Virus record (IMG/VR): IMGVR_UViG_3300020463_000032
Location: 1 to 51,175 of that record
From: a virus
Taxonomy: Duplodnaviria; Caudoviricetes
DNA: 51,175 nt
Reading direction: 5' to 3' (one strand)
The notes below the pieces were generated by a model. It was not told the DNA's origin. It made no database searches and saw nothing but the letters and a program-made list of their open reading frames with translations. The position numbers were made by a program, and so were the translations under genes. Of this stretch, positions 37,011 to 45,962 are shown one piece after another. Position 1 is the first letter of the stretch. Each line of letters begins with the position of its first letter.

Positions 37011-39178
37011 TGGAATATAGATACATTAAAAACCTGTGCGACAACAAAGCGATTAAGTCAAAAGACTTATCCACTTTACAAAAAAAGAAACCAACATTTA
37101 AAGACAAAGCTAAATTTAGAGCTTGGTGTGCTAACAAGAATACAGATCATTGTTTCTACAGTACTGTTATAGGAGACACTCCCTCACTTCGAGTTTCCTC
37201 AAGTAACCCACCTCATACAGTATGGGGAGTCGTAGCTGACTATGACGCTCCTATAGATTTCTCAATCATCGATAAAATACTAGCAACTCAATGTAAATCC
37301 GCAATGCCTACGTGGAGATCAAAAACTCAGTCAGGGTATTTGAGATTGGTTTGGGAGTTTGAATCAGGAATTACAGTAGCCCCTGATTTGTTTGCAGAGT
37401 TCATGAAGAGGATGGCTAATTACTTAGCCCTAGATAGAATCTGTGCGGGGTTTGATAAGTCCTCTCTCAAAGCTAGTCAGTACTTTGAGTTAGGAGTTGA
37501 TTGGACAAAAGTAGGAGACCCTTTAGATGAATCTATTTATCAATCTGCATATAGGAAAGCAGCGATGGATAAGCCTCCACAAGTGTCTGAAGTTTCTATT
37601 CCTATTGATGTTATTGCTGAAGAGGTAAATAAAAGATTTCCTAACCGATGGGAGGGTGAGTTTAATGTAGGTGGCAGAGGCCCTTTGTTCTGGATCGATG
37701 ATGGGATAGAAAGAGAAGGTTCTCAGGTTTCAGACAACGGTATGGTTACATACAGTGATAGAGCGGGAAAAGGTTTTGTTACTTGGACAGAAATCTTCGG
37801 TAAAAAGTTTGTGTCTGATTATGAGACTACAAAAACTTCAGGTATTCTTGATACGTATTGGTACAACGGTAAAACGTATTTCAAACTGATTTATGGATCT
37901 GCTCAACAAATTCAGGAAAAACAACTTATACTGGAGTTAAGGCAAGCAGGGTTCTCTCCTAAGATAAGAGCAGGTAAAGCTTGTTCAGAAGTAGAGAACG
38001 CACTTGTTTCTATATGCAACGAAAATCGTATCGACGAGATAGCTCCTGTTATATTTTCAAAAGACAGAGTTGTTACCTACAATAGTAGAAGGATACTTAA
38101 TAACGCTAATATAAATCCTGTTAAAGCCGCAGACTCAGGAGACAAAAAGGATTGGCCTTTCATACACAAATGGTTATCTAGTTTATTTGTAAATAATTCA
38201 AAGACTCCTACGATAGATTATTTTTATGCGTGGCTTCAAAGGTTTTATATATCTGTAATAGATAAGAATGCAGCTCAAGGTCAGGCTTTGCTTTTAGTAG
38301 GACCCACTAACAAAGGAAAATCACTGTTAAGTAACTGTGTTATCTCTGCATTAGTAGGTGGTTTTGCGGATGCTTCTGAATACATATCAGGAGGTACAAG
38401 CTTTAATAAAGACTTAGGAGGTAAAGCTGCGTGGGTTATTGATGATACAGTTAGTGCGGCTTCTTTTCAGGATCAGCGGAAAGCGACAGAATTAATTAAG
38501 AAAGCAGTAGCTAATCCTAGAATGGAATACCATGCAAAACATGTAGACGCGATTAGTGTTCCGTGGACAGGTAGAGTTATAATGTCTCTCAACATGGACC
38601 CTAACAGTCTTAGCGTGATACCTGCATTAGACTCAAGTAACCGTGACAAGATTATGGCACTGCTTATTAGTGAGACTTCTAGAAGTAAGTTTCCTCCTAA
38701 CCACATTCTAGAGCAAACAATAAAAGACGAACTGCCGTATTTTGCTAAATTCCTAATAGACTTTAAACCTCCGAAAGCCGTGTTAGGTACTTCTAGATTT
38801 GGAGTTGATTCATACATTGATCCTGTTATAGCGAGTGCTGCTTACGATAATTCAAGTAGATCAAGCATTGCAGAGCTTGTTGAGTTTTTTGTTAAAAGAG
38901 CTAGGGAGTATGGACATAGTGTTTCATGGAGGGGAACCCTTACAGATTTTCAAGTTACGGTTCAAGACTTTAATGGAGGGAGGAATGTTGGTATGTCTGG
39001 TTCTATGGAGTTTTTACGTAGGGGGATTGGTATAATGGAAGACGCTGCCCGCAACAATTCGCACTTACGCCCTATAAAATCCAGAGGCCAAGGAGGAGGT
39101 AAGATTTGGGAAATTGATCTGGACGAGAAATATGATATAGATAATATTCAAAATGACAAAATAATAGCCGTTTTATGA
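37010..39178 (+). CDS. Primase-helicase (PrimPol-like N-terminus, SF3/D5-like helicase)
   Basis: ADYD and KTQSGYLRLVW primase-like motifs; Walker A GPTNKGKS, VIDD, MSLN. Confidence 0.8.
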   Translation: MEYRYIKNLCDNKAIKSKDLSTLQKKKPTFKDKAKFRAWCANKNTDHCFYSTVIGDTPSLRVSSSNPPHTVWGVVADYDAPIDFSIIDKILATQCKSAMPTWRSKTQSGYLRLVWEFESGITVAPDLFAEFMKRMANYLALDRICAGFDKSSLKASQYFELGVDWTKVGDPLDESIYQSAYRKAAMDKPPQVSEVSIPIDVIAEEVNKRFPNRWEGEFNVGGRGPLFWIDDGIEREGSQVSDNGMVTYSDRAGKGFVTWTEIFGKKFVSDYETTKTSGILDTYWYNGKTYFKLIYGSAQQIQEKQLILELRQAGFSPKIRAGKACSEVENALVSICNENRIDEIAPVIFSKDRVVTYNSRRILNNANINPVKAADSGDKKDWPFIHKWLSSLFVNNSKTPTIDYFYAWLQRFYISVIDKNAAQGQALLLVGPTNKGKSLLSNCVISALVGGFADASEYISGGTSFNKDLGGKAAWVIDDTVSAASFQDQRKATELIKKAVANPRMEYHAKHVDAISVPWTGRVIMSLNMDPNSLSVIPALDSSNRDKIMALLISETSRSKFPPNHILEQTIKDELPYFAKFLIDFKPPKAVLGTSRFGVDSYIDPVIASAAYDNSSRSSIAELVEFFVKRAREYGHSVSWRGTLTDFQVTVQDFNGGRNVGMSGSMEFLRRGIGIMEDAARNNSHLRPIKSRGQGGGKIWEIDLDEKYDIDNIQNDKIIAVL

Positions 39179-39456
39179 CCCGACAAGAAATAGAAAATTT
39201 TATTGAAAAGACTATATCAACAGCATCTGTAATATTAGCAGATGATTTAGATGAAGCTTTTGTAGGTATTGATGTAGAACATGGGCCACCTAGAGCTGTT
39301 TATTCTATAGAAAAATGTATAAACTTGTTAGCCCAAGATATGTCTACAGTTGAAGCCGATGAATACTTTTGGCACAACGTAGCAGGAGCATTAGGAGATG
39401 GACTACCTATTTACATATCGACTCCTGAAGAAGAAGAGGAGAGTCCTTACGACTAA
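39175..39456 (+). CDS. Small acidic hypothetical protein, paralogue of 30721..30984
   Basis: LDEAFVG...PPRAVYS...ADEYF pattern. Confidence 0.8.
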   Translation: MTRQEIENFIEKTISTASVILADDLDEAFVGIDVEHGPPRAVYSIEKCINLLAQDMSTVEADEYFWHNVAGALGDGLPIYISTPEEEEESPYD

Positions 39457-39457
39457 A

Positions 39458-39988
39458 TCATTTATAACTAAATGGATTATTAAGCTTATCCATTTCTGTG
39501 TGATAGCCCGCTGCCTTGTAGGTAAACCCGTGGTCATCTTGTTCACCTCTTTTTTTAAACTGAGCTACTTTGAAGAACTTAGTAGTAGGCAACCACCCTA
39601 CAATCCAGACAAACATTAAGTCTTTCCTAACTCTGGTAAAAAAATAAACATCGTTGTCAGGGATTTTCTTAGAGGACCCGTTAACAGAAACAGAGTATTC
39701 AGGTTTCGGGATGGATCCACAAGTTTTAGACTTAACCTCTATTCGTTTATGTCGATGTTCTAAGTCATGAGTAAAAACATAGTCGCCTACATAAACACTT
39801 TTTTTAATAAATTTATTAACGACTACCTCTCCTAAACAACCAGTCATACGGCCCATGCCTTGAGTAAATGAATTAGGAAGAACTCCCATTTCAGTAGCCC
39901 TCGTATGTGCGAGAGAGATATCATCGCTAGAGGGGGTGTAGACTGCGAAGGGACCGCTTTCTTTAAAACCTTGTTTTCTTACGCTCAA
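39458..39988 (-). CDS. PD-(D/E)XK nuclease-like protein
   Basis: LGEVVV...HDL...IEVKSK and WIVGW motifs. Confidence 0.65.
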   Translation of the reverse strand: MSVRKQGFKESGPFAVYTPSSDDISLAHTRATEMGVLPNSFTQGMGRMTGCLGEVVVNKFIKKSVYVGDYVFTHDLEHRHKRIEVKSKTCGSIPKPEYSVSVNGSSKKIPDNDVYFFTRVRKDLMFVWIVGWLPTTKFFKVAQFKKRGEQDDHGFTYKAAGYHTEMDKLNNPFSYK

Positions 39989-39992
39989 ATTT

Positions 39993-40289
39993 TCAAGTTG
40001 CTCGTTTCAAAAATAACTCCCAAGCAGGAAAAAATATTTCTTCCATACAGCGTACAACAGCTTCTTGGTCGTAGTTCTCAAGCCACCCTACTCCACTTAT
40101 GAGTAGACTAGCTTCCATCATTTCGTGACGAATAGTATTTAAGAGGACTTTGCCTTTTAAATTTTTATTTATTTCGATAGTTTTTTTATCGTGTAAATAC
40201 AATCCGAAGTCAGGACTGTCCCCATTAAAAGGAACCAGCTCAAGTTTTACCCTCTGCCCTGCAATCGATATTGTTTTAGGTAGTTGCAC
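39993..40289 (-). CDS. Small zincin-like protein with HEMME variant motif
   Basis: FGLY...IEIN...TIRHEMMEA...EAVV; second His replaced by Glu. Confidence 0.65.
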   Translation of the reverse strand: MQLPKTISIAGQRVKLELVPFNGDSPDFGLYLHDKKTIEINKNLKGKVLLNTIRHEMMEASLLISGVGWLENYDQEAVVRCMEEIFFPAWELFLKRAT

Positions 40290-40290
40290 A

Positions 40291-40845
40291 TTACCACCTT
40301 TCTGAGAGTTCTTTGTAGAGTTCTATCCCCGCAGCCATTGCTGTAGCCACTCCTTCCATATTCTTTAGAGCAAGCTCCCAATCCTCCTCATTACTACCAA
40401 AAAACGGTTCAGCGATAGTCGCTGGGCAGTGCGTTAATCTTAAAAATCCTGCTCCTCTGCTACCTTTCTTGCGTGGTTTAATTCCTCTGCTCCTTAACTG
40501 AGGGAAACAATCCTCAAAAGAATCTCTTAAAGATCTAGAAAACAACCTACCTTTTTCAGAAGTATTCCAGTATAACCACTCATGTCCTGTCGCTGATGGA
40601 GTAGCAGCGTTAAAATGAAGTTCAATCGCTGCTTCAACAGCATCATGTTTTAAAGTTCTAGCAAGCCACTTCATAGAGCTCCAATAACTATTACCTTTGT
40701 AGGTAGAGTAAATTTTATGGGGAGTCTTTAACCTGTCCCCAATCATATCAGCTAATTGGGAATTGTAATCCCATTCAGTGACTCCAGTTACAGAAGCTGC
40801 GCCTGAATCATTTGGTCGAGAGTGTCCTACGCAGATTGCTATCAT
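40291..40845 (-). CDS. N-acetylmuramoyl-L-alanine amidase (Amidase_3) endolysin
   Basis: VGH, TE, ELHFNA and IAEPFF zinc-binding/catalytic motifs. Confidence 0.92.
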   Translation of the reverse strand: MIAICVGHSRPNDSGAASVTGVTEWDYNSQLADMIGDRLKTPHKIYSTYKGNSYWSSMKWLARTLKHDAVEAAIELHFNAATPSATGHEWLYWNTSEKGRLFSRSLRDSFEDCFPQLRSRGIKPRKKGSRGAGFLRLTHCPATIAEPFFGSNEEDWELALKNMEGVATAMAAGIELYKELSERW

Positions 40846-41065
40846 CTCCTATTATTATAGCACGTCTGTACGAAAAATCACTATGGAACTTCTGACCCCT
40901 GCCTATGAGATTACCCTCTACAAAAGGATAATCGTACCCTTGAATTAGGGTGATTGTAGGTGGATCATATATTGCGCTTTCGTTCAACGATGAGTCGCCC
41001 ACTAAGTCGTTCAAGGCGCAGCTTGGCAGCAGGACTACCGTCAGCAGCAAGGCGATCAACTTCAT
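40808..41065 (-). CDS. Lipoprotein, putative o-spanin
   Basis: MKLIALLLTVVLLPS-C signal peptide with lipobox-like Cys; overlaps the upstream gene in another frame. Confidence 0.6.
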   Translation of the reverse strand: MKLIALLLTVVLLPSCALNDLVGDSSLNESAIYDPPTITLIQGYDYPFVEGNLIGRGQKFHSDFSYRRAIIIGDDSNLRRTLSTK

Positions 41066-41156
41066 CCTCAAGATCATAAATATATTTCCTATGTTTAAAG
41101 TTAGTATAGATAGAGTATGAACTCAAAGCTGCTTTTAATAGTCTAAAAAAGGTCAC
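40965..41156 (-). CDS. Small protein, putative i-spanin-like partner
   Basis: 63 aa, weakly hydrophobic N-terminus then charged helix; GTGA-coupled start. Confidence 0.45.
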   Translation of the reverse strand: MTFFRLLKAALSSYSIYTNFKHRKYIYDLEDEVDRLAADGSPAAKLRLERLSGRLIVERKRNI

Positions 41157-41260
41157 TTTTTAGTTTTCTTATAAGTAGCCATCAAAAGCTTTTTCTTTTT
41201 ACTTTGCTTTTTTGAAGGGTTTTTTTCCTTTTTACCTGATTTTCCGTAACTATAGTTCAT
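41153..41260 (-). CDS. 35-aa lysine-rich peptide
   Basis: MNYSYGKSGKKEKNPSKKQSKKKKLLMATYKKTKK; start and stop overlap both neighbours. Confidence 0.7.
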   Translation of the reverse strand: MNYSYGKSGKKEKNPSKKQSKKKKLLMATYKKTKK

Positions 41261-41424
41261 TATTTCTTTTTAGATAAAATTGACCAAATAACACCGATAA
41301 GTGTAACAGCAGCCGATACGCCAGTAGTGACCTCACTATCAGTGGCAATGCCACTTTGAGTCATGAAACCTCCACCGAAAGTAAGGATATGACGTATGAT
41401 TCCTAAGATTGATTCTTTATTCAT
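41260..41424 (-). CDS. Putative holin, 54 aa
   Basis: MNKESILGIIRHILTFGGGF...AAVTLIGVIWSILSKKK; two hydrophobic segments, basic tail; resembles Pam3-gp28-type holins. Confidence 0.75.
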   Translation of the reverse strand: MNKESILGIIRHILTFGGGFMTQSGIATDSEVTTGVSAAVTLIGVIWSILSKKK

Positions 41425-41594
41425 TTTTTCTTTTTTATTAAATTATATAGTGTAATAATCGCAACAGTAATACCTAAAAGACCTCCAACCACCTGAATTC
41501 CCCATTGGATCACCTCTGCGTAAGGTATGGTAACAGCTATTAGTGAACCAGTTACACCAGTTACACCTTTACTTATTATCTCGCTGTTACTCAT
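41421..41594 (-). CDS. Second small membrane protein, holin/antiholin-like, 57 aa
   Basis: MSNSEIISKGVTGVTGSLIAVTIPY...GGLLGITVAIITLYNLIKKKK; ATGA-coupled. Confidence 0.7.
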   Translation of the reverse strand: MSNSEIISKGVTGVTGSLIAVTIPYAEVIQWGIQVVGGLLGITVAIITLYNLIKKKK

Positions 41595-41603
41595 AATATT
41601 AAA

Positions 41604-41631
41604 AATATAGCACTTTTATGCCGTTTTTCTA
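41604..41631 (-). promoter_or_regulatory. Putative lysis-operon promoter
   Basis: TAGAAA-16 bp-TATATT with extended -10 TG; 9 nt from the ATG. Confidence 0.5.
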
Positions 41632-41681
41632 GTTGTATTCCATGCTGCTATGATAGGCTATTATAGCCTTTTATTACAGGT

Positions 41682-41813
41682 TTAATTAGGCATCCAAGGA
41701 TCGGGTTTAGTTTGATAGAGCCATTCCAAAGTTTCTAAATAAAGCCTTTGATCTTCCCATTCTTTTAAGATCGAGTGATTGAGTAGTATATAAAAGACAA
41801 TTATTTGGAACAT
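41682..41813 (-). CDS. Possible 43-aa peptide
   Basis: MFQIIVFYILLNHSILKEWEDQRLYLETLEWLYQTKPDPWMPN; fits the gap. Confidence 0.4.
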   Translation of the reverse strand: MFQIIVFYILLNHSILKEWEDQRLYLETLEWLYQTKPDPWMPN

Positions 41814-41826
41814 GCATTATAAGTAG

Positions 41827-42021
41827 TTAAATATTGAGTTCGTGATAAGGACAGTCATAAAGATCAACTGAACCATAACAGCAAAGATTGCTACCAGAGG
41901 AGGAAAAAATTTTTTCATTTGTCCTAAGTAATCTAAACAATAATAAAGTCGCTGTTAAAAAATAGATTGTTGGCGATACGAAAACCAAAGCGATGATAAA
42001 CAGTTTTGTCTCGAACGCCAT
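41827..42021 (-). CDS. Small membrane protein
   Basis: N-terminal TM segment, Cys-containing tail; TAATG-coupled. Confidence 0.6.
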   Translation of the reverse strand: MAFETKLFIIALVFVSPTIYFLTATLLLFRLLRTNEKIFSSSGSNLCCYGSVDLYDCPYHELNI

Positions 42022-42536
42022 TATTCATCTAGGTCAGCAAACTCAAAATCAATCAGATAGTATTCACCTCCCTCATTTTGGACAATGTTTTTAGGAGTAT
42101 TGATCGTTCTTGGCTCTTTCACTTTAGTCTCATACGTCATAGTATAAGTGCCGTCTTCATTCTTAACTTGATTAATCGGATGTATTCTTCTTACCAGATC
42201 AGGACTGAACTGATCTGGATTTAACTTTCGATCATTATGGGAGACACCGAACGCCTCGACTCTGTTATGCAATACCCTGTGATCGACCTCATTTATTTCA
42301 AACACTTTCTCACCAACGTAAGTCGTTATTGTTGTTAAAGTTTCGGAATCTGAGTCCAGTAATTTAGGCACACACTCGCACCCCTTGGATTCGAGGTATT
42401 GTAAGATAGCTACCTCATTCTCAAATCTTTTCTTTTTATCACGACCACGAAAATTTTTCACGATTGTGTTGTTGGTTTTGTCGTGTTTCACAAGGCATCT
42501 GTCAATGTCCTTCAAGACTATAATGTTATCGCTCAT
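42021..42536 (-). CDS. Minimal protein-kinase-like protein
   Basis: VK, FENE, VPKLL, GVSHND, PKNIV and LIDFEFA motifs. Confidence 0.75.
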   Translation of the reverse strand: MSDNIIVLKDIDRCLVKHDKTNNTIVKNFRGRDKKKRFENEVAILQYLESKGCECVPKLLDSDSETLTTITTYVGEKVFEINEVDHRVLHNRVEAFGVSHNDRKLNPDQFSPDLVRRIHPINQVKNEDGTYTMTYETKVKEPRTINTPKNIVQNEGGEYYLIDFEFADLDE

Positions 42537-42786
42537 CTTTTGTTATTTCTTCTAATGTTACTAATGAATCTTTTTCTTCGTCTGTGAGCAAACCTTCATG
42601 AATATTCATTTTGCCATCGTCTAGGTTGTGGACAGGTTTTTCATCTACAAAGAAATATGTTGTAGTGACTCCAAACAGGCAACGATCCAATCCTATTGGA
42701 TGAGCAGTCTTTTTGAAGAGTTTAGTTAATATCCATTCTTGCATGGCTTCGAAGTTTTCAAATTTTAAATACATTTTATTATCCAA
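42526..42786 (-). CDS. Hypothetical protein
   Basis: Overlap-coupled 86-aa ORF. Confidence 0.7.
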   Translation of the reverse strand: MDNKMYLKFENFEAMQEWILTKLFKKTAHPIGLDRCLFGVTTTYFFVDEKPVHNLDDGKMNIHEGLLTDEEKDSLVTLEEITKDER

Positions 42787-44587
42787 TTAAAAGTTTTGGC
42801 ATACGACCTATAGGCTTTCTTTGGTCTGATGGTATTGCGCTCAAATGTGATCCTCCTGAGAAACTGTTAGTCGCAAGGTTAACATATCTAGAATCAAAAT
42901 TATTAGAAGTTCTAAAATTACCTGCAACCATTGTGAAACTGAGTCCGTCAACTTTATTGTAATTTGTTCCTGATACAGAACCAGTGTGGAAAGAAGGCAG
43001 ATAGAACAGCAAGGCTATGGCGTTACCGCTTGACCACCCACTTTGGTTTACAATTTCCTGTAAAATGTTTTTTAGATCAGGTGTCTCGAAACGTGGCTGA
43101 TCTTTTGTCACCTTCATGTACTTTTGTGCATATTCATTGGCTGCATATCCCGACGTATAGACTGACGTTTCTGTGTAATAAGCATCTAAAGCCAGATCGA
43201 CAAACGCATCGGTCACTGTGCTGACTCCTGTTTCAGTTATGCCACTGGGGTGATTAAAGCTTGATCCTGTCAATCCTGATAAGTTTGCAGGAATATCAGT
43301 AAGTTTAGCTGCTCTTATTCTAATGCCAACAGCATCGTTTGTTCCGTCACCATTGGTGGCGTGGTGTCCAGTTTCGTAAGTATGAGCGTTCCATTTAGTG
43401 CCCATAGTATTTGTTGTTGATACAAGTGAATATTGTCGATCAAATCCTGCCTCACCGCCTCGATGATTTGGTATTACAAAACTTAACTTGGTTGTTGGAA
43501 CAGTAGCTCCTTGAGCTAGTGGTACATTTGGGAATCGAACAATAAAGGCTTTAAAATTGGCATCTGCACTAGAATTGTAATACCCTGTAAAATACAAATT
43601 TCTTAAAACACCATTACTCACTGAAAGACCATAATTGTAAATGTTATTACTTGAATACGACCCAGTATTGTTATGCGTGTTATTAGTTCCAAAGCTACTT
43701 CCAACGTTGCTAAGATTAGAAGTAATGTCAGTTTTTTCTAGCCCCTCAACTATAGTTCCTGCGTAATCTGAACCACCTGAATGTGTTACCTCAAGCTGCG
43801 GAACTCCGTCAGAGTTAGTTGAGTTGTCACTGCTATATCCTGATCTGACTCGAATTGAAGCGGATTGATTTTGACTTGATGACGCAGCAAAGAAAAGAGC
43901 TATCTGAAAACTGTTGCCACTTTTCCAAGTTGGGATATTAACAATTTCCTGAATGACTGAAGATATATCAGGCGACTCAACAGTCGTGTTATCGGTCGCT
44001 GCAAATAGCCCTGTCCAATCGACCGTTGTTCCTGTGTCAATCGGTAAGTTCCACCACACGGAATCGTCAGTGAGAGGTGCGTGAATTTTAAAAAGATCAC
44101 TTTGACCAGACGCTAATGATCCCGTTGTATGGCTTTTTTTGAACGATAGCTTTGCATTTGATATTGTTGCGCCTTGTTTGATGTTTACATTGGCAAAATT
44201 GAAGACTACGACGCTATCTCTATTGTCTGCGCTTGGGTTATAATACCAGTCAGCAGCACTATGACCCCTTCCAACAGTAAAAAAACTTGATACCATTCCA
44301 CCTCTATTCAACGATGAAGAGGAATACTGCGCTGAGAACCTTGAACCAGAGTTTCTATTTGGTGTGTTTGTTGCAAAACCAATTTCTCCATTAAAACCTT
44401 TATTAAGGGATCTGTCGCCAGTAGTAAATCTGATAAGCTGCCTCGCAGCGACAGTGTAAGTCTCAGTCGTTGGCGTACCACCACCACCACCGCCTCCACC
44501 TCCACCACTATCTTCCTGTGCAGAAATTATAGGTGAGCTGCTAGCTGCTATGGAAGGAATGCTTATACCTAAATTGTTTAGCTTCAT
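42779..44587 (-). CDS. Putative receptor-binding/appendage protein with a duplicated beta-sandwich domain
   Basis: Short N-terminus, poly-Gly linker, two copies of FxNVxxxQGAT...PDxxxxxQEIVN...WxSGN. Confidence 0.7.
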   Translation of the reverse strand: MKLNNLGISIPSIAASSSPIISAQEDSGGGGGGGGGGTPTTETYTVAARQLIRFTTGDRSLNKGFNGEIGFATNTPNRNSGSRFSAQYSSSSLNRGGMVSSFFTVGRGHSAADWYYNPSADNRDSVVVFNFANVNIKQGATISNAKLSFKKSHTTGSLASGQSDLFKIHAPLTDDSVWWNLPIDTGTTVDWTGLFAATDNTTVESPDISSVIQEIVNIPTWKSGNSFQIALFFAASSSQNQSASIRVRSGYSSDNSTNSDGVPQLEVTHSGGSDYAGTIVEGLEKTDITSNLSNVGSSFGTNNTHNNTGSYSSNNIYNYGLSVSNGVLRNLYFTGYYNSSADANFKAFIVRFPNVPLAQGATVPTTKLSFVIPNHRGGEAGFDRQYSLVSTTNTMGTKWNAHTYETGHHATNGDGTNDAVGIRIRAAKLTDIPANLSGLTGSSFNHPSGITETGVSTVTDAFVDLALDAYYTETSVYTSGYAANEYAQKYMKVTKDQPRFETPDLKNILQEIVNQSGWSSGNAIALLFYLPSFHTGSVSGTNYNKVDGLSFTMVAGNFRTSNNFDSRYVNLATNSFSGGSHLSAIPSDQRKPIGRMPKLLIG

Positions 44588-45216
44588 TATACAGCTAAGT
44601 AAGCAAGTATTTTACCAGAATTTAAAGAAATAGATTTAAACTCTCCTACTATTGTTAAACCTTTAGGAAAAGTAATTCCTGTTGCTATTGCAGTTGTCCC
44701 CCCTAATGGGGCATCTGCACTTGGTGTGTTAGCTGTTCCTCCCATACCAGAATGGTTGGAACAATAGTAATAAAGAGTAGGAGCAGAACTAGCAACAACT
44801 ATTGTTGTTTTATAGTTTGAACTATCAAAATCCACTCCTGTTGTGTACTCACTGCCACTACCATGAGTTCCATCTGCTGTTGTCGAAAATTTAAAAGGAT
44901 GACCAGTGGCAGATGACCAGTCAAACACGTAAGTATTTCCTTCTCTTAGATACAGAGTAGGTTGTTGAACGCCATTAATGAAATACTTGTTGCTTCCCCC
45001 TACATCTTGAACAGTAACTGTGTAATTTACTGTTTCAGGAGAACTACTTTTATTAAAGTTTAGTTCGGGCCATCCCAAGCCATTACTATCGAACGTAGAA
45101 TCTTCTAAAAATGTGATAGCACAAAATTCTTGATCAAAAGGTAATATGTCTGTTTCAGTGATTAAAAGTGCTCCACCTTTTCCAGCAGATTGTTTTTCTA
45201 TGTTGTTTGTTGCCAT
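44587..45216 (-). CDS. Virion-associated protein with cupredoxin-like domain
   Basis: GHPF and YYYCSNHSGMG type 1 copper ligand pattern. Confidence 0.75.
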   Translation of the reverse strand: MATNNIEKQSAGKGGALLITETDILPFDQEFCAITFLEDSTFDSNGLGWPELNFNKSSSPETVNYTVTVQDVGGSNKYFINGVQQPTLYLREGNTYVFDWSSATGHPFKFSTTADGTHGSGSEYTTGVDFDSSNYKTTIVVASSAPTLYYYCSNHSGMGGTANTPSADAPLGGTTAIATGITFPKGLTIVGEFKSISLNSGKILAYLAV

Positions 45217-45239
45217 AATTTAGTTTATTATAAAATTGT

Positions 45240-45926
45240 TTAATACATCCCCCGCATTCCTGAACCTGTTCCTTCGGGTGCTATGTTTACTTTAGGTCTT
45301 GAACCCCCTCTGTAAGAATCAAGATCAGAATCTATCTGCCTTTTACATACGCCCCAATGATACTCAGCACGTTGAATATCAGCGTTATCTTCAGCTAATT
45401 TACCTAATAACCCATGCTTTATTATAGAAGAATCATTCGGGATGAATACTAAATGAGCGTCTATTGCTACATCAACGAACTTTCTTTTCATCAAAAGAGT
45501 AGCTTTTGTATCTGAATCTACTGGAGATATTCTATATCTTCTCGTGCCTCCTGCTCCAGAATACCCATCGTCGAACACTCCAGACATCAAAGAGGTTACA
45601 TCAGAAGATGCTGTCTGCGAGGGCTCTCCAAATAATCTGTAGTCATGCCAAACAGCATATAAAACAGCAGGGCTATCATCTAAAATAGCAGCTAATACAG
45701 CATCATATCCAACGCCTGTAGAAGCATCATCAGCAGGTAATGTGAAATAACCACTACTAACATCTTGTTCTTCTAAAGTAGTCATCATATCACGCCAAAA
45801 ACCCATTTGATAAATACGAGGCATAATCTCATTTAAAGCCTTATACCAATCAGCATCTGTTGCAGCTCCTGCATCGAGATATTGACCATATTTTGACTTT
45901 AAATTTCCTACTTGTGCGGTTGGCAT
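45240..45926 (-). CDS. Putative tail adaptor/tubular protein
   Basis: 228 aa in the structural block; size and position only. Confidence 0.5.
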   Translation of the reverse strand: MPTAQVGNLKSKYGQYLDAGAATDADWYKALNEIMPRIYQMGFWRDMMTTLEEQDVSSGYFTLPADDASTGVGYDAVLAAILDDSPAVLYAVWHDYRLFGEPSQTASSDVTSLMSGVFDDGYSGAGGTRRYRISPVDSDTKATLLMKRKFVDVAIDAHLVFIPNDSSIIKHGLLGKLAEDNADIQRAEYHWGVCKRQIDSDLDSYRGGSRPKVNIAPEGTGSGMRGMY

Positions 45927-45932
45927 TGTTTA

Positions 45933-45960
45933 AATATAAGGTGAATTTCAAGTAATTCAA
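45933..45960 (-). promoter_or_regulatory. Putative promoter giving a leaderless mRNA
   Basis: TTGAAT-16 bp-TATATT, with 6 nt between the -10 box and the ATG at 45926. Confidence 0.55.
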
Positions 45961-45962
45961 GG

